Assembly: GCA_044892525.1 (NCBI GenBank)
Contig: CM097885.1
Location: 28,706,001 to 28,770,000, forward strand
Direction: 5' to 3'
Source: Schmidtea polychroa
Lineage: Eukaryota
Length of the DNA stretch: 64,000 nucleotides
Shown here: positions 1 to 10,729 of the stretch, piece by piece
Numbering within the stretch: the first letter of the stretch is position 1
How the letters are laid out: each line of letters starts with the position of its first letter
Program-made: the position numbers and the translations under genes
The notes under the pieces: model-generated
The model's input: the letters and a program-made list of their open reading frames with translations, nothing else
Told to the model about the DNA's origin: nothing
The model's database searches: none

Positions 1-1449
1 ATCGAACATCGATGCTTTGTAGCAAGCCAGTAAAATTAGGTGGAACTAATTTTAAATGAACAATATATAGAGCGGCATATTTATCTTTTAATTCATTCAC
101 AACCTTAACATGAACTAGATAGCTGTCCAGAATAGGAAGCACTGCTTGCTTCAAGAGTCCTGTTTGGTGACGTTTCAAATTTTTGAAAATAGCATCTGAC
201 CACATTCCGGTCTGGTTGGTCTCCATGGAAAATCCTTTTGAAAACCCTACGCGCATACTCCTCGAGGGGCGGGTAGTATATAATTAATATTATAATTAAT
301 ACTAAAAACTGTAGCAAATACAGGAGTTAATAAACAATTAAATGTTTTTTCGAAAATTCCACGTATTCTAATGATTTGAAAAATGATTTGCTAGTTTAAA
401 TGCTATGGTATGAAAGTTTAAAAGTTATATTACCAACAAATTTCAAAATTTTAACAGATAATCTATGGCTCCTGTTCCAAAACGTTCAGTAAAATTTCTT
501 TCGCACATTTTCTTTGAATTCTACTGATAAAATCCTGAATATTCGTTGCTTTTCCTTATTATTTATTACAAAAGATCAAAATTAGTGAACTTTTCTATCA
601 TACCAAAATAGTTAAAATATTACAATTAAATGAAATCGAAACACTTCTTTATATGCTTGTTTCATGAAGGTCTACGTCATTCAGTTAGGAGTTAATAAAA
701 TCAGAATTGAAATAAAAATGCAAAAATATATAACCTCTCGAGGATGCGGGTCATAGAAAGAAGTTGATGAAAAATACTCTTGACATAACAGCGAATTCTT
801 GGGATGTTAAAACGCAAACATTAGATTAATTAGGATTATATAACATTGAAATATGTTATGCATAATTTATCTGTGACAATCCTTATAAATGTGAACTCAT
901 TAGACTCATTAATTAATTGAAGTAAACCCGGGAACCACAACGAGTAATTGTCATATATAAAATTCGTCAATCTATAAGGTTGTGGTTTATCCACATACTG
1001 TCATTGTTGTTGAAAAAAAGGACATTTTTTTCGAAGAGGAATAAATAATATATTTTAAAACATCACCTACTAAATAGTAAACTTTAATGGATCCTCTGTT
1101 TGGAAGGATTGTCTAGTTTTGTATAGAAATACAAGTTTCAGTTATTGGATCTTAATACTCAATCGCATATGGGAGTCGGATTTGTAAATTTGCTACCAAA
1201 ACATTAACTCGGCAATTCTAATGAATAGAAAACGAAAAAAGCAAACTTTTTTACCTTTAGTATAACTTGATAAATATATAAATTGTAGTTTTTTTCGATT
1301 TTCGCTGCCTACCCTTGCTAACAATTGTATTGAAATAAATGCTATTGCTTCAACTTATTTTAATCGCATCCCGGCTTTAATTTACTATCCCAAAATGTGT
1401 ATTATCGAGTTAATGTGTTATTTCAATCATTGAAGGCAATCCTTTTTAG

Positions 1450-1863
1450 ATCAGCATACTTGATTTCGCGATATCGACCTCGATGTCCAATTCTTACTGT
1501 TACTCGTCATCCAGTAACAGCCAGACAGGCTCATTTGTGGCGTGGAGTTCATCCTCTACTTTATGATGGTCATATATTTGAAATATTTTATATATAGGTA
1601 GTTAATAAATATACATTACTTCAGCTAAGCGATTGGATGAATGGACTGCTGATATGGATAACAGAATTAATTGGGCGTTTGGTTATGCAAAGAGACGAGG
1701 TTTTATTAAAGATGGCGATTATGTTATTGTGGTTACTGGGTGGAAGGCTGGTTCTGGATCAACCAATACGATGCGAGTTATATTATTAGAGGACGAGGCA
1801 AATGAAAAAGATGGAATTATGCCAATTTTATCTATTCCAAGCATAGCAAAATTTGAAGACTAA
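1450..1863 (+). CDS. PK: Pyruvate kinase, last two exons (1450-1568, 1625-1863); upstream exons not found in window
   Basis: Spliced translation [91 protein letters not shown] matches the PK C-terminal domain; AG at 1448-1449; 56-nt GT-AG intron 1569-1624 preserves frame; TAA at 1861-1863. Confidence 0.93.
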
Positions 1864-2342
1864 TTTATTTACTTGATGAATATTAACAGCTTTAACCTTC
1901 GTGTTTTGTCCTATTTAGTTAGATTTTCAAACAAATACATAAAATTGATTGTAACGTGCATTGTATGGAATAATTGATTCCGATCCTCCTCCTGGATAAA
2001 TGATCTCTTATTGTTATTTATTGGTTTTCAATTGTTTTTTGTTTTTCAAATGACTTGCCGAATAAAATTAAGTTTTAAAGTGATATTCAATACAATTTAT
2101 AACGGCAGGTTTTGTGGCTCATCGGTACTGGGGATGATTTATACACGTCTTCCGGCTTGTCTGCTGATGTACAATTTCTCATTGAACGGACATTTATGAA
2201 TCACGAGTCATTACAACAAAAGCTCCATCAGTAATTCTTAATGCTGCTTTCACTTTACTACTAAAATCGATGTAGCTAGAATTAATTAAATTTATTAGAA
2301 GTACCTTACCGTGAGTTTTACAATAATCACGTAAGGCTACAG

Positions 2343-2666
2343 CAGTGGTTCTCAATTAATATAAAAGCGCGGAACACACGGAACATGATTTTTTTACGCG
2401 GAACACTGACAAAAAAATCACAAATTACTATAAATCTGTCGTAAATGTAAGAAAAGAAAATACCACGCGCAACAATAACAAGCAATAAAAACACTTTTAT
2501 ATTTGTATGTTTATATATCTGTGTAACGGCTTTCTTATTGAATAATCTTATAAAAAAATTGAGGTTTTTGATGATATGTATCTTAAATGCAAATTTAAAG
2601 ATAAAATGTCATTTTTTTCGCGGAATACTAAATGCGTAATCGCGGAACACGGATTCAGAACCACTG
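2343..2666. mobile_element. hAT-type MITE (324 bp)
   Basis: TIR CAGTGGTTCT / AGAACCACTG, perfect 8-bp TSD GGCTACAG (2335-2342, 2667-2674), subterminal GCGGAACAC-like repeats. Confidence 0.9.
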
Positions 2667-2984
2667 GGCTACAGGTTGGTTAGAAGATTTTGCACGTTTT
2701 TGGAGCATTTCAATATAGCTTTCTAGGGTTAGTCCAGTTTTATTATCGCATTCAAATTTAAACAAAATAGGATCATATTCTATTATCAAAAGGATAAAAT
2801 GTAATCCTAAGTTCACCTAGTTCCTTCAAAATAAAGTTATAAATCTCAAAAAACTTTCATTTTTTTTTAATTTCTTCTATACACTTATCAAATTTAGTTG
2901 TTGCTATTTTTTCAAAAAGTCTTATAGGGAGCTCTTTGGGATTCTTTAGTATTTGTTTTAATTTAATACTTTATTTACTCTCTG

Positions 2985-3860
2985 AAAATTCTCCCGCCTT
3001 TGATGTTCGACACTACCGTCCTTTTCGACTTCCATGATGCTTGATAATAACATTTCCTTCACTAAGTAGTTGAAACACCTGGGAATGCTTGTCAGATCTA
3101 TTTATTGTTTTTATCACTCAACCGAGAAGCCATTCATTTGCGTCCGTAAGTGTATCTAAAATCAAAACAATATATTTTTCTTCTATTACGATTTTCTCTA
3201 ATTTCCCCGGAATCTTAGACTAGGTAGAATATCTCTTTAATCCACTTTTCTTGAACTAATTTGTTAAATCTTGAAATTGCCTCCATCGAATGTACATGTT
3301 AGTTTTTTCTGATTTAGCCTACTCGTTTGTATCCTCTCTTTTCCAATCCACTTTCAATAAATGATTGGGTGTCAATATAACGTCATCCATAGAATTTTTC
3401 TGATAGCAATAGCAATGGCCTGGAATTTATTATCATTCGACTCTCATAAAAACTGTTATAAGTTCTTCATCCGATACATCTACCTTTCCCAATAATACTA
3501 CTATGGTAATCTTTACAGACTTCATCACTCAAATACATTTCCAAAATGTGTAGCTACTGGCGGATCATTCTCCACTACAATTCTTTCCATTCAATAATTA
3601 TCAATCTGAATGATGATTTTTATTAGTCGCTCCCACAAAATTCTTTCCATTATTGGACAATATCGTTTTAGGCATACCTCTTTTATTGACGAATCCCATC
3701 AATGCCCTAAAAAATAAGTCATAAATTTTTTCATAAATTTTATTTCAATAAATATCTGCTCTTACGAGACAGATTGGTTCTTTTAACGGGACGAGCTTCG
3801 GCTGGTAGCCAAAACTAAGCCAACATTTGTAGTTTTCTCTAACTTCTTAGCCATGTCTTG
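2985..3860 (-). mobile_element. Degenerate BEL/Pao LTR retrotransposon integrase / 3' region
   Basis: Minus-strand remnants ALMGFVNKRGMPKTILSNNGKNFVGA, INSRPLLL, ILTPNHLL, RWRQFQDL with stops and frameshifts; purine tract GGCGGGAGAAT at the 3' end (~2990-3000). Confidence 0.8.
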
Positions 3861-4229
3861 AACAGGACGCTTGTTATTGAATATCCTTTCGTATACCGGT
3901 ATGAGTAGAACAGCTGTTGCGCAGATATGTATTCATTCGGTATGCTGTTTTTTATTTCGCTTCTTTGCTCAGTTTTCGTGATATTTTATTCAATCTTTGT
4001 AGGTAAGACAAGACAATGCAACAAAAAGAAATACCCAGAAAAAAAAATAAAAAGCCATCACGATGCATAAAAGGGCCATAACACGGCATAAAAATGTAAG
4101 CCATTACAAGGCATGAGTGCAAAAAAAATAATTTACAAGGCAAATCATTTACAAGGCATAATAAAAAGAATATATGTGTACTTTTATACATACTATATAT
4201 ACATATATACTATATATATATATATATAC

Positions 4230-6883
4230 CAGGGGTGGCAAAACTTTCAAGTCTTGCGGGCGACTTTTAACTAAATTAAATCTGGCGGTCTACCAGATAA
4301 ACTATTTTCAATTGTTACCTGTAGTTATTCTATTTATTCTATTTAAATACAAAACGAATTAGAAAAAAACTTATAATACTTTACTAGAACGTAAACATAT
4401 CTTAATATAATATTATTTACTGCTACTACTTGCACCTGATACGTGGCACTGCATCTTATCAGCAAGTTCTTCGTATTTCGGGCAATAGGAGCTTATGGCG
4501 ATTCGCAAGCATGATTCCAAATGATCATCTGTCAAACAAGATCGATGTTTTGTTTTAATGACATTCATTGAAGAAAAGGCTGATTCACAAAGATAGGTGG
4601 ATCCAAAAAATGCGGACATATATCCAACTACTCTCCGCAAAATTGGATATTTTTCTTCTGAAATAAGATTCCAAATTTTATCTTCGGTTGTAGCTCTTGA
4701 TTTTAAGTAAATGTCGCTTTTCAACGCTAATATCTCATCTTCTAAGCAAGCTGAATCTGAATCCAGAAATTCATTAATCTGAGTAGCGATCTCCTCTGTA
4801 TCAATAACATCATTAAACGGGAATGACATGAACATAGCAATATTTGCAATTTTAGATAAATCTGCGAAACGTGTGTTAAATTCATTTAAAAGGGTAGTAA
4901 TTTGATTTGTATATTTATCATTAAGAATTCCTGGCGCATTTTTGGATTCTTCTTCCATGTTTTTAAAATGTTTCAAATCACCCCGTTCTAGTTGACGCAC
5001 AAACAAGGACAGTTTCTCTTTAAACGTCTTTACTGTCGTTATCATGTCAAGAATTGATTTGTGTCTCCCCTGAAGCTGTAAATTTAATTTATTCAGGTGC
5101 TCTGTAATGTCGCAAAGAAAAGCAAGATTTATCAGCCAACTTTTATCCTCCAGTTCGGGATATAATTCTTCTCTTCCAGTTAAAAACTGTTTTATTCCGG
5201 GCAAAAGATCTCTAAATCGTTTTAAAAATGCTGCACGGCTAAGCCATCTTACATCCGTGTGTAACAATAATTCAGTATTTTCAATTTCACATTGTTCAAG
5301 CAAAGTTCGAAATTGACGTCGTTGTAGACTTCTTGCACGTATCGAATTTACTATTTTAAACGCAATATTCATTACATAGTTAGAGTTCAACACTTTGGAG
5401 CATAAGGTTTGCTGGTGGATAATGCAATGATACGAATGAAAACTGGGAATTTCTTCATCATTTTTGCAAAGTGTTACAAATCCGACATGTTTTCCGATCA
5501 TAGACGGAGCTCCATCCGTGGTAATTGATACCAACTTGTGAATCGGGAAATGGGTGCGACTTATAAAAGACTTGAATAAATTGTAAATATCTTGACCCCT
5601 TGTTTGTCCTTTCATTGGAAGAATAGTCAATAATTCTTCTCTGGTTGACATATCATCAAAAACCATTCGAATGAAGATGCATAGTTGCGCAGTATCAGTG
5701 AAATCTGTAGATTCATCAAATTGCAAAGAGAAAAAGCGGCATTTTCGAATATCTTGCCGCAAAATATCTTCCAAGTTTTTGCTAATGTCCACCATTCTTT
5801 GCGTGCTAGTATTGCGCGTCAATGACATATTGTTGATACAATCCATTATTTCGGATTTATTTTTAAAATCTTTGAATAACACCTTACCATCTTCAACAAA
5901 CGCCTGTTTCCATATTTCGCCATCTCCAAAAGGTTTTTTATGTTTCATCAAAATATTAACTACCTTGAATGATGCTAGGGTAGCTGTTTTTGATTTTGAG
6001 TTAAATTTCGTAAAAAAAGTTTGTTGTGCACCTAATTGAGACTTTAACTGTTTGACTTTGTCTTTTCGTACCTCGGAATGTAATGGAAAGTCAATTTCAT
6101 ACTGTTTGTGCACTGTTCGAAAATGTCGTTCAACGTTAGCTCTTTTAGGTAGTGCTACGTTTGAATTACAAATGAGACAAACACACTTATCTTTCATCAT
6201 TATGAAAAAAAATTCCTGTTCCCATTCAGTATTATAATGGTACGTTTTAGTTTTTTTGGCCGGTTGTGTCATTGGGGCTAAAACAAGAAAATAATAAAAG
6301 CTAAAATAAATTAAATATGAAAATTAATGTTAAACACACTTACATACTCAAAAATTAAAAATTTTAACTTTTATAAAGAATTTTTTTTAATAAAAAAATT
6401 TTGAAATTAATATTATAAGCAGGTATTATTCAATACTGAATACTTCAAGCTTTCAAATTTTTCTAACGAAAACAATTTGATTTCAAAATTGAAATAGACA
6501 AACACACGTTTGTTGTATTTTATTTTGGTTGTTTTTTATTTTTTTATTCCTTATCGAAGATTGTAGCGTCAATGTTTTGCGTTTATTTTATGGCCTACTT
6601 GTTCAAACACATGAAATTTATTCTGATTATTAGCTAACTGTATATATTTGAATTTCAAACTAAAAATTTACTACACTCTGAGTGTTATCTGACTAATATT
6701 ATGTTTCTTATTGGAATTTTTTTGTCATATGAATCGAAACTTATTTTAAATATGTTTATAAAGTTAGAAATTCAATAAATAAAAAACTGATTTTTATATG
6801 CAATTTTCCATAGTGCTAGCGGGCTACTTTCGATAGCTACGCGATCGACCAGTCGACCGCGGTCGACGCTTTTGCCAGCCCTG
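4230..6883 (-). mobile_element. Full-length hAT DNA transposon (SPIN/Charlie, GTF2IRD2-like clade), 2654 bp
   Basis: TIRs CAGGGGTGGCAAAA (4230) and reverse complement CAGGGCTGGCAAAA (6883), perfect 8-bp TSD ATATATAC, one intact ORF. Confidence 0.95.
4413..6272 (-). CDS. hAT transposase, 619 aa, uninterrupted
   Basis: N-terminal CVCLIC..RHFRTVH zinc finger, FDESTD, TTDGAPSM, HCIIH, DVRWLS, STYLCESAFS (catalytic D, D, E all present) and C-terminal dimerisation motif; candidate 66-nt 5'-UTR intron 6278-6343. Confidence 0.95.
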   Translation of the reverse strand: MTQPAKKTKTYHYNTEWEQEFFFIMMKDKCVCLICNSNVALPKRANVERHFRTVHKQYEIDFPLHSEVRKDKVKQLKSQLGAQQTFFTKFNSKSKTATLASFKVVNILMKHKKPFGDGEIWKQAFVEDGKVLFKDFKNKSEIMDCINNMSLTRNTSTQRMVDISKNLEDILRQDIRKCRFFSLQFDESTDFTDTAQLCIFIRMVFDDMSTREELLTILPMKGQTRGQDIYNLFKSFISRTHFPIHKLVSITTDGAPSMIGKHVGFVTLCKNDEEIPSFHSYHCIIHQQTLCSKVLNSNYVMNIAFKIVNSIRARSLQRRQFRTLLEQCEIENTELLLHTDVRWLSRAAFLKRFRDLLPGIKQFLTGREELYPELEDKSWLINLAFLCDITEHLNKLNLQLQGRHKSILDMITTVKTFKEKLSLFVRQLERGDLKHFKNMEEESKNAPGILNDKYTNQITTLLNEFNTRFADLSKIANIAMFMSFPFNDVIDTEEIATQINEFLDSDSACLEDEILALKSDIYLKSRATTEDKIWNLISEEKYPILRRVVGYMSAFFGSTYLCESAFSSMNVIKTKHRSCLTDDHLESCLRIAISSYCPKYEELADKMQCHVSGASSSSK

Positions 6884-7144
6884 ATATATACTCTATATAC
6901 ATAATTATTTATAAATAGATGATAGTTATGAAAATTAGTTTGCATAAAATAATTATTATAATAGTTACCTTTTTATATAAGTTTGTTTAATATATGGTCC
7001 ATGTATATGTTGTATGCTGCTATCACTGCTGTGCATTTTTTAGATAGTGTCTATTTCTTTATCATTAAGTCCTATTTCTCTTAATGGTTTATTATTTTTT
7101 AAATTAAAATAAATTCCTTTATTTACAATAGTTTCAATGTTTAA

Positions 7145-7377
7145 CCCTTTCGCCCCTATTGGGACAATACGTCCCAGAAACTTTCATCATGATCCTACTG
7201 GGATATTTTTGAATGGTCCATAAAAGCCTATTGGGACTTATTATCCCAGGACTTTCTAGGATATTCAGAAGCGCCACGATTACAAAAATGAGAATATTTC
7301 ATATTTAGGTCAATATTAACAAGTTCCAATATATAAATTTAGCATAGTGTCATTAGCGGAAAGTCGTTGCGAAAGGG
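7145..7377. mobile_element. piggyBac-like MITE (233 bp)
   Basis: TTAA + CCCTTTCGC ... GCGAAAGGG + TTCA (mutated TTAA); internal TGGGAC..TCCCAG repeats. Confidence 0.7.
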
Positions 7378-7599
7378 TTCATTGACAGTCATCATAAATT
7401 TATTTTTAATTATCTGAATTTAAAAAATTAGCCGTGAGTTTGAGTCACGGACGATTGCACATGTATTGGCTTCATTTGCTTCAGTTCATGGAAGACTGAT
7501 TTTACACCCAGATCCTATCGGTGACAGAAATAATAACAGAACACGTCGTCTCCGAGCCACTACTTGCCAAGCCCAAATAAAAGATCCGACCCGGCAAGT

Positions 7600-9400
7600 T
7601 AGCTTGGGCAAGACTAAGGTAAGCAAACCAGGCGAATGCGCCAATTGCCAGGCCCCTTTGAACAACTAAGACCCGAACGCTTGATGTGACAATTTCAATT
7701 ATTGTTGGAGTAGATGATTATAATGTTAAATTATTCTTAAGTTTGTGTACAGTGTAAATTTCTTTGTTCGAGTAGTGCGATATGATAAGGAAATGAGATC
7801 CGGAATATAATCTAAAATAGAGGGACAAGATAATGAGATACAGAATAATCAACAGTTCGTGGACCCAAGGGAATACTGGACAATTATAGTATACAGAATA
7901 TGCTCACTTTTTGCTAATACTCAAACCCTTGATACAGTACCAACGTTGATCACTCAACGAGTATGAAGTGGTCAAACTTCAATTGAATTTGGGTTACGCT
8001 GGAAACAGCACGAGGTAAAATTTTTGGTTACCTGTAACCCACTAATTGTTTGTATTCTGGATTACGAGTTTATGCTGAGAGGAATCACGTAATTACACCT
8101 TGGATCAAACACAAACATACTTGCATACGCTGACGATCTGGTCCTTAATTGCAAACACAGCACTTGACCTACAAACAATGACATTCAAATCTGAAAAATG
8201 TGGATACTACAGATATCGGAGAGACAATAGCTTTATGATAACTATCTGTAACAGTGCCCTCAAATTGACTCCATTAGCCTCTACATTTACCTGGGGTAGG
8301 GGCCAGAAGAAGCAGAATATATATCAAAATTGATCGACAGTGTCAAAGAAAAGGTCAAGAACAAAAGATAAAAGCACACAAAATATTTTCCCACTAAGTT
8401 TATATCCTCACTCAAGGGCGAATCAAATATAAAAAAGGACATAATTGAGTTCGATGACCACATAAGAATGAGATTAAAGAACATGTAATAAAACTACAAG
8501 CACACAGTCCATTCATGGATAACATAATATATGCTCCAAAAGAAAAAGGAGTACAATTAAAAAACTACCTGATGAATATCACATTCAAACAATATGCAGA
8601 ATGATGAAATTAATCATCAGCAGTCACACAACAATAAAAACATACTAACAGAACAACTAATCGACGTCACCAGGATAAGGAACCAACATCTTATAAAAAA
8701 TACAATGGACACCATTAAATGGTTAACAGAGCTATGTCCAGAATTCAAATGCCAAAACCACATGGATCACAAAGGTAAGAGAAACAATCATTCAACATTA
8801 CATTCAACGAAGAACAAATTTGCTGCTTGATATCAAGAAATATTCATCACAAAACTCATCTCAGAATCATTACACAAGTCTACTTGGACCACAAAAACTA
8901 GGAAGCAGCTAAATGAGAAAAATACATAATTAACCTAAGAATGTCTACACACATGGAATATAAACCCAGAAAACCTAATGGACCTAGAATGGAAATTCCT
9001 AATTCGAGCAAGACAAACAACAAAGCAATCACATCAAGGAACACAAAATGCCGGAAATTTAACGAAGAGGAGACTGCACCACATGTATTGAACCACTATG
9101 GAATTAACAACCAAAAATATAGACTTCACTTTTTAGACCTGATGTAGTGGTCCAAAAACTAAAAAGCGAATATGGACAAATATATACAAAACATTCTGTG
9201 TAGGGTCACTAGGAACTTGGAACAATGACATAATGCGTACACTATGCATTCACTACAAAGACATGAAAGCAAAAATGATATAAAAAATCCATACACAAGG
9301 GGTTTCACACTAGCTGAAGTACACAATTGAGCATCTAGAAAAACTAATATCAATTCACTTATTATGACTTCCCATAATTTGCTACCAATCTAGAGTAGCC
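7600..9400 (+). mobile_element. Degenerate non-LTR retrotransposon, probably RLE (R2/NeSL/R4-like) clade
   Basis: TNILAYADDLVL RT motif (~8110-8150); CRKFNEEETAPHVLNHY (decayed CCHC knuckle, ~9050-9100) followed by RPDVV-like PD motif; many stops and frameshifts. Confidence 0.7.
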
Positions 9401-9667
9401 TAAGACTACAGATTTTTTTCTGACAAAACATTAAATAAAAATACCTATTTAAATAGTAACCCATTAATAAAACATTTTTATTACAACTAAATCATTAACC
9501 ATTAAAAAGAAATTAGTAAATAAATTTAAATTACAAAGAATAAGATATTACTTAAAATAAAACAAAAGCAACAAAGAAACAATTTATTCACAAAAACAGG
9601 TTGATATATCTGAAAAGAATAAATTAGATAATATAACAAATTATATCAAAATATTCTAATTTCTAAT

Positions 9668-9728
9668 TTAATCAGCAAAATGATAGAATCATAAATCATA
9701 GAGATTCCTACTAAGTTTCATCACTGAT
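9668..9728 (-). ncRNA. SNORD79: Box C/D snoRNA, SNORD79 (U79)-like
   Basis: Box C GUGAUGA (9724-9718), guide AGUAGGAAUCUC antisense to LSU rRNA GAGAUUCC(U/C)ACU, D' AUGA, C'-like AUGAUU, box D CUGA (9675-9672), terminal complementarity AAUCAG/CUGAUU. Confidence 0.8.
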
Positions 9729-9871
9729 TGAACAAAAAATTAATTAAATAAATACATACCTTATAACTTCAGTTAACTTCAAGTTTGAATATTGATTCTA
9801 ATAAGTAAATATCTAAATCAATAATCTATTAATTTAATATTAACTAAATTTAAAATTTAAATTATTGATAA

Positions 9872-9935
9872 AGCTCAGTAAAAAACCGACTCATCAAATG
9901 CCTTTATGACTGGGGCGGTAAATGGTCATCATTAT
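9872..9935 (-). ncRNA. SNORD31: Box C/D snoRNA, SNORD31/snR67-like, copy 1
   Basis: Box C AUGAUGA (9932-9926), guide UACCGCCCCAGU antisense to LSU rRNA P-loop ACUGGGGCGGUA, D'-like CAUA, C' UGAUGA, box D CUGA (9878-9875). Confidence 0.85.
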
Positions 9936-10072
9936 AAAAATTTTAGTAACAATCGACTAAATACTCACCATATAAATCTTGAATGTTTGAATTCATATAA
10001 CAATCTGCGGATTAAAACCTAAGACATATATTAAATTTAAAATTAAATATATTAAAAATTTGTATTTTTAAT

Positions 10073-10133
10073 GGCTCAGTAAAACCGACTCATCAAATTC
10101 CTTTATGACTGGGGCGGTAAAAGGTCATCAGAA
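10073..10133 (-). ncRNA. SNORD31: Box C/D snoRNA, SNORD31/snR67-like, copy 2
   Basis: Box C UGAUGA (10130-10125), identical guide UACCGCCCCAGU, CAUA, C' UGAUGA, box D CUGA (10079-10076). Confidence 0.85.
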
Positions 10134-10729
10134 AGTTTTTATTAAAAAATTATAATTAATAAACTCACCAATTTCAAACAGAATTGACTAATCCTTTGAA
10201 ATTAAAAAAATGATTTTATTCTGTTATAACATGAGTATTCAAATCAGATAGCACTTCTAAAAATTATTCTTAAAATATATAACTAAAAAATAATTAAATA
10301 TTACTTAGATATAATTTAGAATTGATTTTTTAAAGCTATATCCTAAATGTTTAAAGACTTATTAAAACAACTTAATTTTTCACATACATTTATCATTTAA
10401 AATTATTTTTCAAACATTAAATATGAACTTTAATTATACTTGATTATAATTACACATTCTTTACACATTTTTACCAAATTTGAAAATATTTATATTTTAA
10501 TCGCGTATAAAAACATTTAAAATTTTCACTTGATTTAATTCAAAAAAATGAGTATTAAAATTTCAAAATTGTTTTATTTGTTTAATATCGTTGAATGAAT
10601 AAATATTAAATTTATCACTCTTTTAATTATTTAACATGGTGACCACAAACTTATTTCATTCAAGTATTCAGAAATTCGTTACAATGTTTTCCCTTTGACA
10701 CCCATCTTACAAATATAAATATAACTAAA

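Larger units (their letters stand above)
9560..10390 (-). ncRNA. Non-coding multi-exon snoRNA host gene (GAS5/SNHG1/UHG-type architecture)
   Basis: Micro-exons 10305-10342, 10169-10193, 9969-10018, 9760-9797 and a last exon from 9609, with GTGAGT/GTATGT donors and YAG acceptors (the 10194 acceptor is AAG and uncertain); joined exons have stops in all frames; introns of 150-171 nt each hold a C/D snoRNA; AATAAA near 9583-9588; 5' and 3' ends approximate. Confidence 0.75.

Noticed and set aside
5107-6237. Three + strand ORFs (69, 122, 61 aa)
   Set aside because: Antisense shadows of the hAT transposase
7432-7450. CCGTGA..TCACGG hairpin as an HDV-like ribozyme at the LINE 5' end
   Set aside because: Could not build the nested double pseudoknot by eye
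9676-9690. Second guide (CUAUCAUU) before the D box of the SNORD79-like RNA
   Set aside because: Same sense as the LSU CCUAUCAUU segment, not antisense; no target identified
9872-10133. Two ~60-bp direct repeats read as a CRISPR array or hammerhead ribozymes (CUGAUGA present)
   Set aside because: Only two copies in a spliceosomal-intron context, no cas genes, no GAAA core or hammerhead stems; fully explained by C/D boxes plus an rRNA guide
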